Shown here: one piece after another, positions 35,264-45,846 of the stretch | Position numbering within the stretch: position 1 is the stretch's first letter | How the letters are laid out: each line of letters starts with the position of its first letter | DNA from: a virus | Taxonomy: Duplodnaviria > Caudoviricetes | IMG/VR virus record: IMGVR_UViG_3300021560_000002 | Coordinates: 1 to 61,372 of that record | Length of the DNA: 61,372 nucleotides | Direction: 5' to 3' (one strand) | Position numbers and translations under genes: made by a program | The notes under the pieces: generated by a model | Seen by the model: the letters and a program-made list of their open reading frames with translations, nothing else | What the model was told of the DNA's origin: nothing | Databases searched by the model: none

Positions 35264-36608
35264 CGCCGTCGCCGTGCCAACCGAAGACTGGGTTAACGCA
35301 CCTGACCCAGAGTACAAAGGGTCGCAGGCGAAGCACGTCGTCGCCGACCCGTCCGGCGCGCTGACTGAGTTCGCCGCGACGCAGGCGCAGGCCAGCGCTT
35401 ATCTCGCCGCGCATCTCATTCCCGGCCAGGACTGGATAGACCTGCTGAACCGTTCCTCGGCGCTCTACGTCCTCGGACGCACCGCCGAAGCTTTCTTGTG
35501 GGCGCGGCTGGCTCTGGACGCTCGCCGCACGACCTCGACGCTGCTCAATCTCGCGGTCATCCTTGAGACCTCCGGGCGGTTCCGCGACGCCATGCCCCTG
35601 ATCCGCGAGGCCAACGCACTCGATCCCTCCGACCCCTTCGCAGGCTCGCTGCTCGCCGACTCCCTCGTCCGCTCCGGCGATTGGGCCGAGGGCTGGTCCG
35701 TTCACACCCGCTACCACGCCAATTGGAACTTCCTGCGACCCTTCATCCCTCAGTGGGAGGGCGAAGACCTTCATGGCCGCCGTGTCCTCGTGCTCGCAGG
35801 CGGCGGCTATGGCGACAATGTCCTGTTCTCGCGGTGGATTCCGCGGCTCAAGGGCGCTGGGGCGGCGCACGTCACCTATCTCTGCCATCAGACGTTTGCA
35901 CCGCTGGCCCGAACGCTGGCAGGCGTTGACGCTGTCCTTGAGACCTCCGACGGCTACACTTCCGCGCTCGACGATGTTCGCCCCTCGGACTTCGACTGCT
36001 TCGTTTCCGTCCTCTCGCTCGCGGGACGCTTCGGCGTTCGCGTCGACTCCCCTCCCGCGACGCTCGTTGCTCGCCGTCCTTACATCCACGCCGACGCCGA
36101 TCGCCTCCGCCTGCGCCGCCTCTGTCTCGTCCGTGGCGCGACCCCCGTCGTCGGCTTCTGCTGGCGCGCGGGCGAGCACCAGATGCCCCGGAAGCACCGC
36201 ACGCTCTCCCCGGATGCCACCGTTCGCATCCTATCCACGCAGACTCGGGGCGGCGCTGATTGGGTATCGCTCGTACCCGATGCCGCCCCTCCCGCCGGCG
36301 TCTCTGACCGCGTCTCCGTCCTGCGCCCGGCCCTCCGCGACTGGGCCGACACCGCCGCCGTCGTCGCCTGCTGCGACCTTGTCGTCACCGTAGACACCGG
36401 CCTTGCGCATCTCGCCGGAGCCATGCACGTCCCGACGTGGGTCATCCTCCCCGGATTCTCCGCTTGGCCCTACTTGCTCGACCGCGACGATTCCCCGCTC
36501 TATCCGACGATGCGGCTGTTCCGCAATCGCGGCGAGGGCATGGCGGGGGCCGTCTCCGCCGTCTGCGATGCCCTAGCGTCTACTGTTCCCCATCGGAGGG
36601 CCGCGTGA
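35250..36608 (+). CDS. TPR-containing glycosyltransferase (GT9-like, GT-B fold)
   Basis: TPR helices, GGYGDNVLFSRW, VGFCWRAG, DWADTAAVVACCDLVVTVDTGLAHLAGAM..PTWV. Confidence 0.88.
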   Translation: MGRSSAVAVPTEDWVNAPDPEYKGSQAKHVVADPSGALTEFAATQAQASAYLAAHLIPGQDWIDLLNRSSALYVLGRTAEAFLWARLALDARRTTSTLLNLAVILETSGRFRDAMPLIREANALDPSDPFAGSLLADSLVRSGDWAEGWSVHTRYHANWNFLRPFIPQWEGEDLHGRRVLVLAGGGYGDNVLFSRWIPRLKGAGAAHVTYLCHQTFAPLARTLAGVDAVLETSDGYTSALDDVRPSDFDCFVSVLSLAGRFGVRVDSPPATLVARRPYIHADADRLRLRRLCLVRGATPVVGFCWRAGEHQMPRKHRTLSPDATVRILSTQTRGGADWVSLVPDAAPPAGVSDRVSVLRPALRDWADTAAVVACCDLVVTVDTGLAHLAGAMHVPTWVILPGFSAWPYLLDRDDSPLYPTMRLFRNRGEGMAGAVSAVCDALASTVPHRRAA

Positions 36609-37213
36609 TCTACTCGTCCGAGTACCTGGACTCCCTGCTCTCCCGGCTGCGTCCGCAGGTTAGCTATCCCGTGGTCCCAGGGCATCCCTGTCTCTACGAC
36701 GCCCTCCGCACGGTATGCCTGAACTTGCGGCCAACGTCGTATCTAGAGATCGGCGTCAACGACGGCGTCTCGCTTGCCGCAGTCCTCGACTCGGCTCCCG
36801 GCTGCTCCCGCCTGACCCTGTGCGACGAGTGGGGCGCAGTGGACGGCGGACGCGCTCGCGGCTCCCACGCGCATATCGGCGAGATGCTCCGGGCCATCAG
36901 CTACGCGGGCTACGTCCGCTTCCTCGACGGCGACTCCCGAACGCTGATTCCGCAGCTCCCCGCCGACGACGTCTACTCGCTCGTCCTTGTCGACGGCTGC
37001 CACTCCTACGACGGCTGTCTCGCCGACCTGCGCAGCGTCTGGCCGCACGTTGCGCCCCTCGGCACTCTCGTCCTCGACGACTGGGGCAGGCCCGATGTCT
37101 GCCGCGCCTTCGACGATTTCATCATCGGGCTGGCCGGGCAGCCGCAACCCGTCTATGTCTTCGAGACCCACGACCCGGCCGACGGAACTCTCGTGCTGCG
37201 GAGGTTGTCGTGA
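36605..37213 (+). CDS. Class I SAM-dependent methyltransferase (Methyltransf_24-like)
   Basis: [26 protein letters not shown]; GTGA-coupled to the glycosyltransferase. Confidence 0.88.
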   Translation: MIYSSEYLDSLLSRLRPQVSYPVVPGHPCLYDALRTVCLNLRPTSYLEIGVNDGVSLAAVLDSAPGCSRLTLCDEWGAVDGGRARGSHAHIGEMLRAISYAGYVRFLDGDSRTLIPQLPADDVYSLVLVDGCHSYDGCLADLRSVWPHVAPLGTLVLDDWGRPDVCRAFDDFIIGLAGQPQPVYVFETHDPADGTLVLRRLS

Positions 37214-39711
37214 TCCTGCGACGCAGTCTTCTGATCCTCGGAGTCATCCTCGGTTCCGCGCTTCCCGCCTCGGCGATGGAGGCCGCGCGCGGCTGGTGCG
37301 AGATGGGGAACAATCCCGTGGTCACCTCCGGCCTGACTTCGACGACCAAGGTGCAGCAATCGTTTCCGCGATGCACAGTTCAGGTCTTCGTCCACGGCGG
37401 CGGACTGGCGACCATCTTCTCCGACAACGTCGGCACGCCTCTGACGAACCCGTTCACCGCGCAGACTGACGGCCAGTGGATCTTCTACGCGGCCAACGGA
37501 CGGTACGACGTCACGATGTCTGGAGCCGGATTCCCGCAACCCGTTACCTACTCCGACATCCTCCTGTGCGACGGCTGCGGCGGTGGTGGAGGCGGCGGCG
37601 GTCCCACGATCCAGACCAACAGCGTCAACAATCTCGCGCAGAACGTACTGAACTTCGTCAATACCACCGGCGCATCCGGCATCAACGCCACGAACCCGTC
37701 CGGCGGCATCGAGAACATGAATATCGCCAATGAGGCGCCCGTGGGCTCCGGCTCCTCCGTTCTCATCGGCACGCTGACGGCGCTGCAGGCAGGACAGGTC
37801 ATCTGCGCGTCGTCGTCCTCGCTGCTGGTTAACTGTACGCTCGGAGTCCCGGTCAACGAGCAGAACGGAACGTCCTACGCCATCGTCGCCGCCGATCGCT
37901 CGCACGCTATCTTTCACCATAACAATTCCACCGCGACGTTCACGATTCCGCAGGCGTCCGCCGTCGGCTTTGGCGCTGGCTACCAGACCGGAATCGCCAA
38001 CGTCGGCACGGGCCAGACCATCACGCTGACCTCGTCGGTCTCGACCTTCACCTATGGCTCGCTCATCGGCTCCTCGACGCTGGTGCTGAACGCGGGCCAA
38101 TCGGTCTATCTCTACACCGACGGCGTCAACTGGTTCGGGATTATCGTGGGCGCAGGCGCTGGCGGCACGCTCGCCCGCGTTTGCATGATGGACTTCGGCA
38201 CGCAGAACGGCACGGCCCTTGCCAACGCCGACATCGCGCCGCAGCAGTTCGTCTGCCAGGTGCCCGACAACGCCACGCTGCTCGAGATCGATCTCACCGG
38301 GAACGCAGGCACGCCGTCGCTCATCCCCGAAGTCGAGCACTGCACTACCTTCACCGCAGGCGTCTGCACTGCCTACACCGATTCCGACCTCGTCTCCACG
38401 GCGCTCGCGACCAACGCTTCTGGCGTCGTCGCTTGCTCCTCCGTCGCTGGAGGCACGGGTCAGGACGGCGGGACGAACTGCTCTGCTACTCTCCAGAACA
38501 CGACGCTCGACAAGGGCGATTGGCTCGGCACGCGCACGGGCACGGCTGGCGGCACCGCAGCCTTCCTCAAAGCCGCTGTCTGGTTCACGACCGCAGGCGG
38601 CGGAGGCGGCGGCGGCGGAGGCTCCGGCACCGTGACATCCATCGCCACCACGTCGCCCCTCACCGGCGGCACTATCACGACGACCGGAACGATCGCCTGC
38701 GCAACCTGCGTAACTTCCGCCTCTGCGCTGACATCAAACGGCGTCGTCATTGGTGGCGGCGGCCAAGCATCCTCGACCATCTCCGCTGACACGACGACGA
38801 CTCACGCGCTGTTCGCGACGGCTACGGCTCCCGCGTTCCGCGCTATCACTAGCTCCGACCTCCCAGCGATTAACCTCGCGGCGTCCGGCGCTGGCGGCGT
38901 CACCGGCAACCTCCCGGTTACGAACCTCAACTCCGGCACGTCTGCGTCCTCGTCGACCTTCTGGCGTGGCGACGGCACTTGGTCCGCCGTGACATCGTCT
39001 GCCGGCGGCACCTCCGGCCAGATTCAGTGGAACAACTCTGGCTCCCTCGCTGGCTTCACGATGTCCGGCGACGCCACGACGAACACCTCGACCGGCGTTC
39101 TCACTCTCGCCAACTCTGGTGTCACCGCTGGCTCCTGCGGCGACACGACCCACTCCTGTGGCCTGACCGTAGACGCCAAGGGCCGCGTGACGGCGTTGTC
39201 GAACAACTCCATTGCGTCGTCGTCGTCGTTCGCGTCTCTGACCACCGGCACCAATACCTCCGCCGCGATGAATGTCGGCACGGGAGCGTCGCTCGGCCCC
39301 TCCGGCACCGGAACCATCACTGCGACGCAGGGCCAATCGACCGCCACGTTCCCGGCGCAGTTCTTTGAAGCCTCTGGCACGGCGCTGGTCTCCGGTGACT
39401 TTGTCCTGACCGGCTGGGGCTCCGGCGCCACGATATCCTCTGGCCCCTCCGGCACTGACCAAGCCGCCTTCTTCACCATTACCTCTGGCACGTCGCCGTC
39501 CGCCAACCCGACCATTGCGTTCACCTTCCACGATGGCGCTAAGACGCAGACTCCTGTGTGCATGGCGCAGCCGACCGGCGGTAATGACATCTTGGCCGAT
39601 TACACGGTCTCGGCACGCTCGACCACGGCCTATACGTGGGTGTTCAACGGAACGCCGACAGCTTCTAAGACTTACGAGCTAAGTTTCATCTGCTCAGGGA
39701 GAACACATTAA
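37210..39711 (+). CDS. Tail fibre with N-terminal signal peptide
   Basis: GTG start (GGAGG, GTGA overlap); [22 protein letters not shown]|; attachment-type domain [10 protein letters not shown]...[10 protein letters not shown]; fibre motifs [20 protein letters not shown] and TVDAKGRVT. Confidence 0.82.
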   Translation: MILRRSLLILGVILGSALPASAMEAARGWCEMGNNPVVTSGLTSTTKVQQSFPRCTVQVFVHGGGLATIFSDNVGTPLTNPFTAQTDGQWIFYAANGRYDVTMSGAGFPQPVTYSDILLCDGCGGGGGGGGPTIQTNSVNNLAQNVLNFVNTTGASGINATNPSGGIENMNIANEAPVGSGSSVLIGTLTALQAGQVICASSSSLLVNCTLGVPVNEQNGTSYAIVAADRSHAIFHHNNSTATFTIPQASAVGFGAGYQTGIANVGTGQTITLTSSVSTFTYGSLIGSSTLVLNAGQSVYLYTDGVNWFGIIVGAGAGGTLARVCMMDFGTQNGTALANADIAPQQFVCQVPDNATLLEIDLTGNAGTPSLIPEVEHCTTFTAGVCTAYTDSDLVSTALATNASGVVACSSVAGGTGQDGGTNCSATLQNTTLDKGDWLGTRTGTAGGTAAFLKAAVWFTTAGGGGGGGGGSGTVTSIATTSPLTGGTITTTGTIACATCVTSASALTSNGVVIGGGGQASSTISADTTTTHALFATATAPAFRAITSSDLPAINLAASGAGGVTGNLPVTNLNSGTSASSSTFWRGDGTWSAVTSSAGGTSGQIQWNNSGSLAGFTMSGDATTNTSTGVLTLANSGVTAGSCGDTTHSCGLTVDAKGRVTALSNNSIASSSSFASLTTGTNTSAAMNVGTGASLGPSGTGTITATQGQSTATFPAQFFEASGTALVSGDFVLTGWGSGATISSGPSGTDQAAFFTITSGTSPSANPTIAFTFHDGAKTQTPVCMAQPTGGNDILADYTVSARSTTAYTWVFNGTPTASKTYELSFICSGRTH

Positions 39712-41852
39712 TGCGGCGGTTGTTATTGCTGTTAGGAACCTTTCTGTGCGTTACCTGCGTTTGGGGGCAGGCGACCACGTTCAACACGACGACAGGACGC
39801 CAGTACCAGCAGCCGTGTCCTGTGTCGGCGGGCTGCACGGGCGCAACGGCTACTACTCCGCCGACGAATCCCTTGCCGATTAAGGCGCTGACGATTCAAT
39901 ACCCCAACGAGGGGACGACCGGGACAACGCTGAATAAGCTGGTCAAGATTGTCAACGACCCTCCGGTAGCCATCCTTCTCGGAACATCGGACACGAACCT
40001 GGCCTTCGGCGTCGTGTCTTCTGGCGCTGGCACAACCGGCAACGCAAACGTGGATGTTTACGGGGAAACGTCCTGCGTATTTGACGGAGCTACAACGGCG
40101 CTCGATTATGTGATTTCCTCGACTACGACCGCAGGGGATTGTCACGATTCCGGCTCTGGGTCTACGTTCCCGGTAGGCGTCGTTGTTGTTGGCCGCGTGC
40201 TTTCCACTAATGGCGGTGGCGGAACCTACACTCTCAACCTATTCACGCCGGACGTTTCCGCCTCTTCATCGGGGCCGAACGGTAAAGGCAGCACGATACA
40301 GGTCAACGGGACAAACTCAAAGACGACCGCCAATTTCAATGCCACGACGCCAGCAGCCAGCGCCGGGAATCTGAATATACCGTTTGCCAGCTCGAACTCC
40401 GGGAATACAACGAGCGTTTCCGTGGCAGTGCCAATCAGCGGCAACGGGACTAAGGTAGCCTCGACATCGGGAACTTTCACTGCCGGACACATCGTAACCA
40501 GCGATGCCAGCCAAAATCTGGTAGATAGCGGATCTGGATTGACCGTTCCGTTCACATCGCAGATTCCGAATAACGGGACAGGAACGACGGTCAACAATGT
40601 TGCGGTGGCTGTAGGCGCGGCTAATTCCGTGCAGACCGCTGCGACCACGGACACCGGAACATCCGGCAACGCCATCGTCGGCATCGTCTCGGCGGGAGCA
40701 GGTACGACCGGCAAGGCAACCGTCATCATCCTCGGCCCGGCATCCTGCGTCTTCGACAACGCGACGACCGCTGGCGATGGCGTAGTGCCATCCATCATTA
40801 CTGGCGGAAAATGTCACGATGTAACTACCTCATTCGGCTCCAATAACGGCTCCTTCATCATAGGCCGCGTCGAGACGACCAACGGCTCCGCAGGCACGTA
40901 TGTCGTGGATGTGGGACTCGCGGGTCAGACCGGCACATGGAACAATCTCACGGGAAATACAGGGCCGCGAGCTTTCGGTTACGGACAGTGGGGGATGATT
41001 CCTTACGCGATGAACTTGTTCCAAGAGGGATTCACGAATGGTTCATCTATCTCCACCAGCGGCGGCGCTACTCTTCATACACGCAACGGCAATAACACGC
41101 ATTACATTGGTTGGGGATGGTCGTCTAGTGGTAACAGTGGCGCGGATGCTGAAATTGATCTTTCCCAAGGTCTGTTCTCGAAACTCTTTATCAGCAGCGG
41201 CGCGTTCTACAATTCTCCGGCGAACAAAGGTAGCTGCACGGGCACGGTAGACTATACCGCGAACCTCGGCAACTTGTTCCTGTGCAGCCTGACAGGCAAC
41301 ACCACGCTCACGACGAGCCGGAACGACGCAGGCCAACTCATCATCGCGCGCCAGTGTCAGGACGCTACCGGAGGCCGCACGCTAACATGGCCTTCTTCTT
41401 ACGTCGGCGCTTCCGCGATGCCAGCGATTCTCTCGACCTGCATGGCGCAATTGTTCGTTGACGTGGACGGCGGAACGACCATTCAGGCCGTGGCTCCGCC
41501 TGTGCCGATTACCGTGGAGAAGACTTCTCAGACCTCCGCCATTGCAACGACGACGCTGACCAATCTGACCTCCGACGGTTTCTACCGCGCTACCGCCGCG
41601 CTCGATTGCGATTCCTCTTCCGCCGCCGCGACTGTGAACATTACATTCGGATGGACTGACCCATCCGGCACAGCGCAGACCTCGACGCTTGGCTCCGCCG
41701 TCGTCTGCACGACCCTCGGCGCGGCCAGCATCGGCAATCTAACCGTCTCATTCCGCGCGAAGTCCGGCACGGCCATCACCTACTCCACGGCCATCGTCAA
41801 CACGCCGACCTACGACGTGAGCGTGGCGCTGGAGACGTTGGCGATAAAATGA
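39711..41852 (+). CDS. Fibre/decoration protein with signal peptide and two cement-like repeats
   Basis: [19 protein letters not shown]|Q; duplicated SAGAGTTG.A.V...G..SCVFD.ATTA.D.V..S..T.G.CHD; QDATGGRTLTWP fibre module. Confidence 0.75.
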   Translation: MRRLLLLLGTFLCVTCVWGQATTFNTTTGRQYQQPCPVSAGCTGATATTPPTNPLPIKALTIQYPNEGTTGTTLNKLVKIVNDPPVAILLGTSDTNLAFGVVSSGAGTTGNANVDVYGETSCVFDGATTALDYVISSTTTAGDCHDSGSGSTFPVGVVVVGRVLSTNGGGGTYTLNLFTPDVSASSSGPNGKGSTIQVNGTNSKTTANFNATTPAASAGNLNIPFASSNSGNTTSVSVAVPISGNGTKVASTSGTFTAGHIVTSDASQNLVDSGSGLTVPFTSQIPNNGTGTTVNNVAVAVGAANSVQTAATTDTGTSGNAIVGIVSAGAGTTGKATVIILGPASCVFDNATTAGDGVVPSIITGGKCHDVTTSFGSNNGSFIIGRVETTNGSAGTYVVDVGLAGQTGTWNNLTGNTGPRAFGYGQWGMIPYAMNLFQEGFTNGSSISTSGGATLHTRNGNNTHYIGWGWSSSGNSGADAEIDLSQGLFSKLFISSGAFYNSPANKGSCTGTVDYTANLGNLFLCSLTGNTTLTTSRNDAGQLIIARQCQDATGGRTLTWPSSYVGASAMPAILSTCMAQLFVDVDGGTTIQAVAPPVPITVEKTSQTSAIATTTLTNLTSDGFYRATAALDCDSSSAAATVNITFGWTDPSGTAQTSTLGSAVVCTTLGAASIGNLTVSFRAKSGTAITYSTAIVNTPTYDVSVALETLAIK

Positions 41853-43279
41853 CCCGCGCGGCCCTGATTCTCCTGACGGCTCTCGCCTGCGTATCCTCCG
41901 TGCTCGCGCAGGGTATGGCCGACTCTGGTGGAGGAACCATTGCTTCCACGGCGTCCATCGCCACGACTGCAACCGGAGTCGTCGCTAACGGCATCTGGAT
42001 TGTTACCGTAGACCCGACGCAGACAGGTACTCCATCAGTCAGCTTCGTATCGCTCCATGATACCTTCGGCTTGATCTTCACGCAGATCGCCGCCGATAGT
42101 GCGGAGCATCGCGTCTTCTGCGCTCCCATCGGCTCTAATTCTGGTAGCGATACTCTGACGGTCACCTACTCCGGCCCCGCCACCAACGGAAGCATCGTTG
42201 CACAGGAATTTCTGGATGCAACCTGCACGCTGGACGGCACACCGCAGATTACGACTTCCCCGACGAACCCGATCAACGGAAACTACACGATTACCGCCAA
42301 TCAGGACTTGGTGCTGACACCGCTATTCGCCAACTTCGGTGCTGGCGGCGGCTGCGCTGATGGGAACGTACCTAGCGGGAATACCCTCGGCATCGTCCCT
42401 TATTGGATTGTCGTGACGCCCTCCGGCACGACTTTCAGCCAGGCTTGTGCGCCGAATAGCGCAGGCGGCGTTCTCATCATGCTAGCTCTGTTGCCCTCAA
42501 CCCTTGGCCCATTCCCTGCGCCGATTCGCACTGGCGCTTCGGCAAACTGTCAGAATCCATGCGCCGCAGGAACCAACGTGGTACTGAATGTCCTCAAGGG
42601 AGAGACGTTGATCTATTCCGCTGACTGGTGCGCCAATCCGACTTGCTCTTCCCTTGCAGGCAGTATTGTCTCGATGAGTGATTCGCAGTCGAACGCGGTG
42701 ACATGCACATCGCAATCCGGCCCGAATTCCCACTCGCAGATATGCTTCACGCACGCCTCAGCTTCCGGCTCGCTCACTGTGAACTTTACAAACATCGGCG
42801 CTGGAGGCACACACTTCTACAAAGGCATATTCGTCGCAGTCGCGCTTCATGGCGGAACCTTCGGCCCCTGCGACTGGTGTAGCACCGGCGGCGCTACTAG
42901 CGGCAGCGGCAATCTCATTCAGGTCAGCACCACATCTACCCCTGCGGCCTACGATACGGAACTCTGGGTTGGCAGCGTCATAAATTTCAACACCGTCGCT
43001 TGCCGATCAAATGCTGTGTGGGCACCATACTGGCCGCTAGTGACTCCGGTGACGCCGCCATCATCCATCCAGAGCATGAACGTAACGTTCTACAACAATG
43101 TCGCCTTCGCCATCGTTCACGGCGTCGCGGGAACTATCCCTGAGATGACATTCGACTGCACGCAGTCAGCGGGATTGCTCAACTGGTCAGGCAGCTTTAT
43201 GTCGCTGAAATACGTGCCGCCATCCGGCCTACGTTCGCAGGTCTACGACGACGACCTCGACAACAGGATACGACCATGA
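41849..43279 (+). CDS. Secreted Cys-rich beta-sandwich protein (putative adhesin)
   Basis: MTRAALILLTALACVSSVLA|Q; Ser/Thr/Gly-rich; paralogous to 53460-54236. Confidence 0.7.
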   Translation: MTRAALILLTALACVSSVLAQGMADSGGGTIASTASIATTATGVVANGIWIVTVDPTQTGTPSVSFVSLHDTFGLIFTQIAADSAEHRVFCAPIGSNSGSDTLTVTYSGPATNGSIVAQEFLDATCTLDGTPQITTSPTNPINGNYTITANQDLVLTPLFANFGAGGGCADGNVPSGNTLGIVPYWIVVTPSGTTFSQACAPNSAGGVLIMLALLPSTLGPFPAPIRTGASANCQNPCAAGTNVVLNVLKGETLIYSADWCANPTCSSLAGSIVSMSDSQSNAVTCTSQSGPNSHSQICFTHASASGSLTVNFTNIGAGGTHFYKGIFVAVALHGGTFGPCDWCSTGGATSGSGNLIQVSTTSTPAAYDTELWVGSVINFNTVACRSNAVWAPYWPLVTPVTPPSSIQSMNVTFYNNVAFAIVHGVAGTIPEMTFDCTQSAGLLNWSGSFMSLKYVPPSGLRSQVYDDDLDNRIRP

Positions 43280-45825
43280 GACAGAACGAACGAGACTGGC
43301 TGGCGGCAACGATCTGGACGGTGATGATCGCCATCGTCGGCCTGCTGCTGTGCGAGGGAGTGCAGGCGACTGACTTTCCCGTCCATGGCGGCGGCAACAT
43401 TCAGACAGCGATAAACTCCGCCGCGTCGGCTGGCGTCGGCTCGACTATCACGATTGACGTTCAAGGCTCCGGCGGATCGTTCACTCCACAGATCCTCACC
43501 CTCCCCGTCGTCACCGGATGCACTACAGGCCAATACGTTACCATCCGCACGGCGTCTTTCGCATCGCTTCCCAACCGGCGCATCCTGCCGACGGATTCTG
43601 CGCTGATGCCGAAGATTACGCGCACCGGGCTGGACGCCGGAGGTCTATTCGACCTCGCTCCCGGCACAAACGGCGGCTGCTGGAAGCTACAAGGGCTTGA
43701 GTTAACGACCGACGCGGTGAGCCAGATGGTCTTCGCCCTCGTCAACTTTCAAGACACTGGCAGCTCTCATCTCTACATTGACCGCTGCTGGATTCATTCC
43801 GCGGAAGGCTCGACGGGACGCACTGTGCCGTACAACTCTTCAGCAGGCTTGGGCGGCGTCCTCTCTGACGGCTCCGATGTAACCATCATCAACAGCTATA
43901 TCAACGGCTGGTGGGGGTTGCCGCTAGGGGCGTCGGCGGGTGCAACGATGACGCAATCGTCCGCTATTATCTCTGACGTTGGCCCCTGCAATACTTGCAC
44001 ATGGACCAACAACTACCTCGAAGGCGGCTATACCCACATACAGATGGGAGGATCGCCGCAGAACGCGACCGTCGGCGGCACTGTTTCGGCATCGCCAGCG
44101 CCGACTACGACCTCCGCTACTATTTCCTCCGTAAGCAGCCTCTCCGTGGGAATGCCAATCGCACTCCAGGTCCCTTGGTCATCATCGTACTGCAAGCGCG
44201 ACAACACGCATCCTTGCTGGGGAAACGGCGTCGTGCAGACTATCGTCGGCAATGCTATTACCTTCTCCGCGCTGACAGGCGAGCTGCCGGATGGCACGCC
44301 AAAAAGTACGGCGGCTCCCTCATCTGGCGGCAATGCGGTCTGGTCAGGAACGCAGCTATCCGGTATCACGATTAACCTGAACGAAATGGTCTTCAACTAC
44401 GCCTTCGAGTTCTGGCTGCGCTTTACCAGCGGCAACGGAAACCACGATAAAGGCTACATGGAAATCAAGAACGGCACGACTCTCGACCTCGAAGGGAACG
44501 TCTTCGGTGAGTGGGGCGGCTGGCCGTCAGTCTTCGGCATGGGGAACGAAGAGAATCAGGTGGGCGACTCCCCCTTCGCCACACAGTCGAACATCACCGT
44601 CAAGAACAACTGGATTCGCGGCTTCACCAACTGTGTCTACTTCGGAGACTCCATCTCCGGCGCTTATCTCGGCTTTCTCAACACCGCCGCATCGAATATC
44701 GCCATCACCAACAATATCTGCGAGCAGCCGGACACGCTCTCGATTGACGCCGCTCCAGCGACGGCCACGGTATTCAACGTCGGCAAATCCGGTTACGTCC
44801 ATCAGCACAATACAATTCTGACCGGATACAGCAACGTTTACTCCGGGTCGGTGATGACCTTTGATCAGTCGCCAGCAGCCGCCTACGGTTCGCTCTGGAC
44901 TCCCAATCCGGCATTCGCGGACGACCTGATCGGTTGGGGAAACTACGGCGTGGGTTGCTCTGCCGGAGCACTTGTCAACTGTCTCGGCAGCTACACTTCC
45001 AGCCATCTGCTGATACCGCTATGCACGGCGAGTGCCTGTACCTCTCCAGCGAACCCCGTTGCCGATGGCACGTTCGCATCCTCGACCGCCGAACCGGGCT
45101 GGGCCTCAATCCTATTCACGAACGCCGCCGCGCATATCTGGTCGCTGACTCCCTCCTCTCCCGGATATCACGCTGCTTCGGACGGCACTGACATCGGCGT
45201 GAACTGGCCGAATCTCTGCGCGGCAATGAGCAACGACAACCCGTTGCCAGCGGGCTGCGGCTCCTCTCCGCCGCCTACGGCCACGCTGACCGTCGCGTCT
45301 TCTAATCCCGGTTCCGGTTGCTCGTTCACCAATTCTCCTCCCGACAACGGTAGCATCAGTTCTGGAACAACGCCGACGACGCTGACTTTCAACACGGGAA
45401 CACTGGTCACGGTGACCTACGCCGCCACCTGCGGAAGCAATACCTCTCCGACGCTAGTAGGGTATAGCTCGTCTACGGGAAACGTTGGGACGGTGACTAT
45501 CTCTGCCAGTGTCACCGGAACTGCCGTCTACCAGGGATCAGCGCCGATCGTGCCGCCGGGTGTCGTGCCGCTAATGGTTAGCGCCCCCGCCGGCTCGCAG
45601 GTCACGCTGCAACCGCCTGACGCCAACGGCATAACCTCTGGCTCGTCGTTCTCGCTGACGCAGCCATCGACGCTGACGTTTGTCCCGCTACCCCTCATCC
45701 CGCCGCCGCCCGTCTCCCTATCCGGCTCCTGCCAAGGACCGCCAGCGACGCGCAAGGGCCAGAAGACGACGTGTACATGGACGGCAACTGGAACCGCAAC
45801 GCAGTGTTCGTGTGTATTACACTGA
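43276..45825 (+). CDS. Secreted right-handed beta-helix protein (putative depolymerase)
   Basis: Hydrophobic N-terminus ending VQA|; IQTAINSA, IDRCWIH, NNYLEG, EIKN...LEGNVF, NITVKNNWI Asn-ladder repeats. Confidence 0.75.
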   Translation: MRQNERDWLAATIWTVMIAIVGLLLCEGVQATDFPVHGGGNIQTAINSAASAGVGSTITIDVQGSGGSFTPQILTLPVVTGCTTGQYVTIRTASFASLPNRRILPTDSALMPKITRTGLDAGGLFDLAPGTNGGCWKLQGLELTTDAVSQMVFALVNFQDTGSSHLYIDRCWIHSAEGSTGRTVPYNSSAGLGGVLSDGSDVTIINSYINGWWGLPLGASAGATMTQSSAIISDVGPCNTCTWTNNYLEGGYTHIQMGGSPQNATVGGTVSASPAPTTTSATISSVSSLSVGMPIALQVPWSSSYCKRDNTHPCWGNGVVQTIVGNAITFSALTGELPDGTPKSTAAPSSGGNAVWSGTQLSGITINLNEMVFNYAFEFWLRFTSGNGNHDKGYMEIKNGTTLDLEGNVFGEWGGWPSVFGMGNEENQVGDSPFATQSNITVKNNWIRGFTNCVYFGDSISGAYLGFLNTAASNIAITNNICEQPDTLSIDAAPATATVFNVGKSGYVHQHNTILTGYSNVYSGSVMTFDQSPAAAYGSLWTPNPAFADDLIGWGNYGVGCSAGALVNCLGSYTSSHLLIPLCTASACTSPANPVADGTFASSTAEPGWASILFTNAAAHIWSLTPSSPGYHAASDGTDIGVNWPNLCAAMSNDNPLPAGCGSSPPPTATLTVASSNPGSGCSFTNSPPDNGSISSGTTPTTLTFNTGTLVTVTYAATCGSNTSPTLVGYSSSTGNVGTVTISASVTGTAVYQGSAPIVPPGVVPLMVSAPAGSQVTLQPPDANGITSGSSFSLTQPSTLTFVPLPLIPPPPVSLSGSCQGPPATRKGQKTTCTWTATGTATQCSCVLH

Positions 45826-45846
45826 ACGGACGAGGAGGCAACGAAG

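Noticed and set aside
36715-37209. N-terminal 165 aa of the 998-aa ORF (likewise 48171-48374 and 27012-27101)
   Set aside because: Arg-rich out-of-frame overlap with the upstream gene; better starts with SD lie downstream.
41849-41910. Lipoprotein signal (ALAC), also at 53460
   Set aside because: Poor lipobox (Ala at -3, Leu at -2) and a good SPase I site follows; not fully excluded without SignalP.
37210-45825. Diversity-generating retroelement acting on fibres
   Set aside because: No reverse transcriptase and no near-identical TR/VR nucleotide pair seen.
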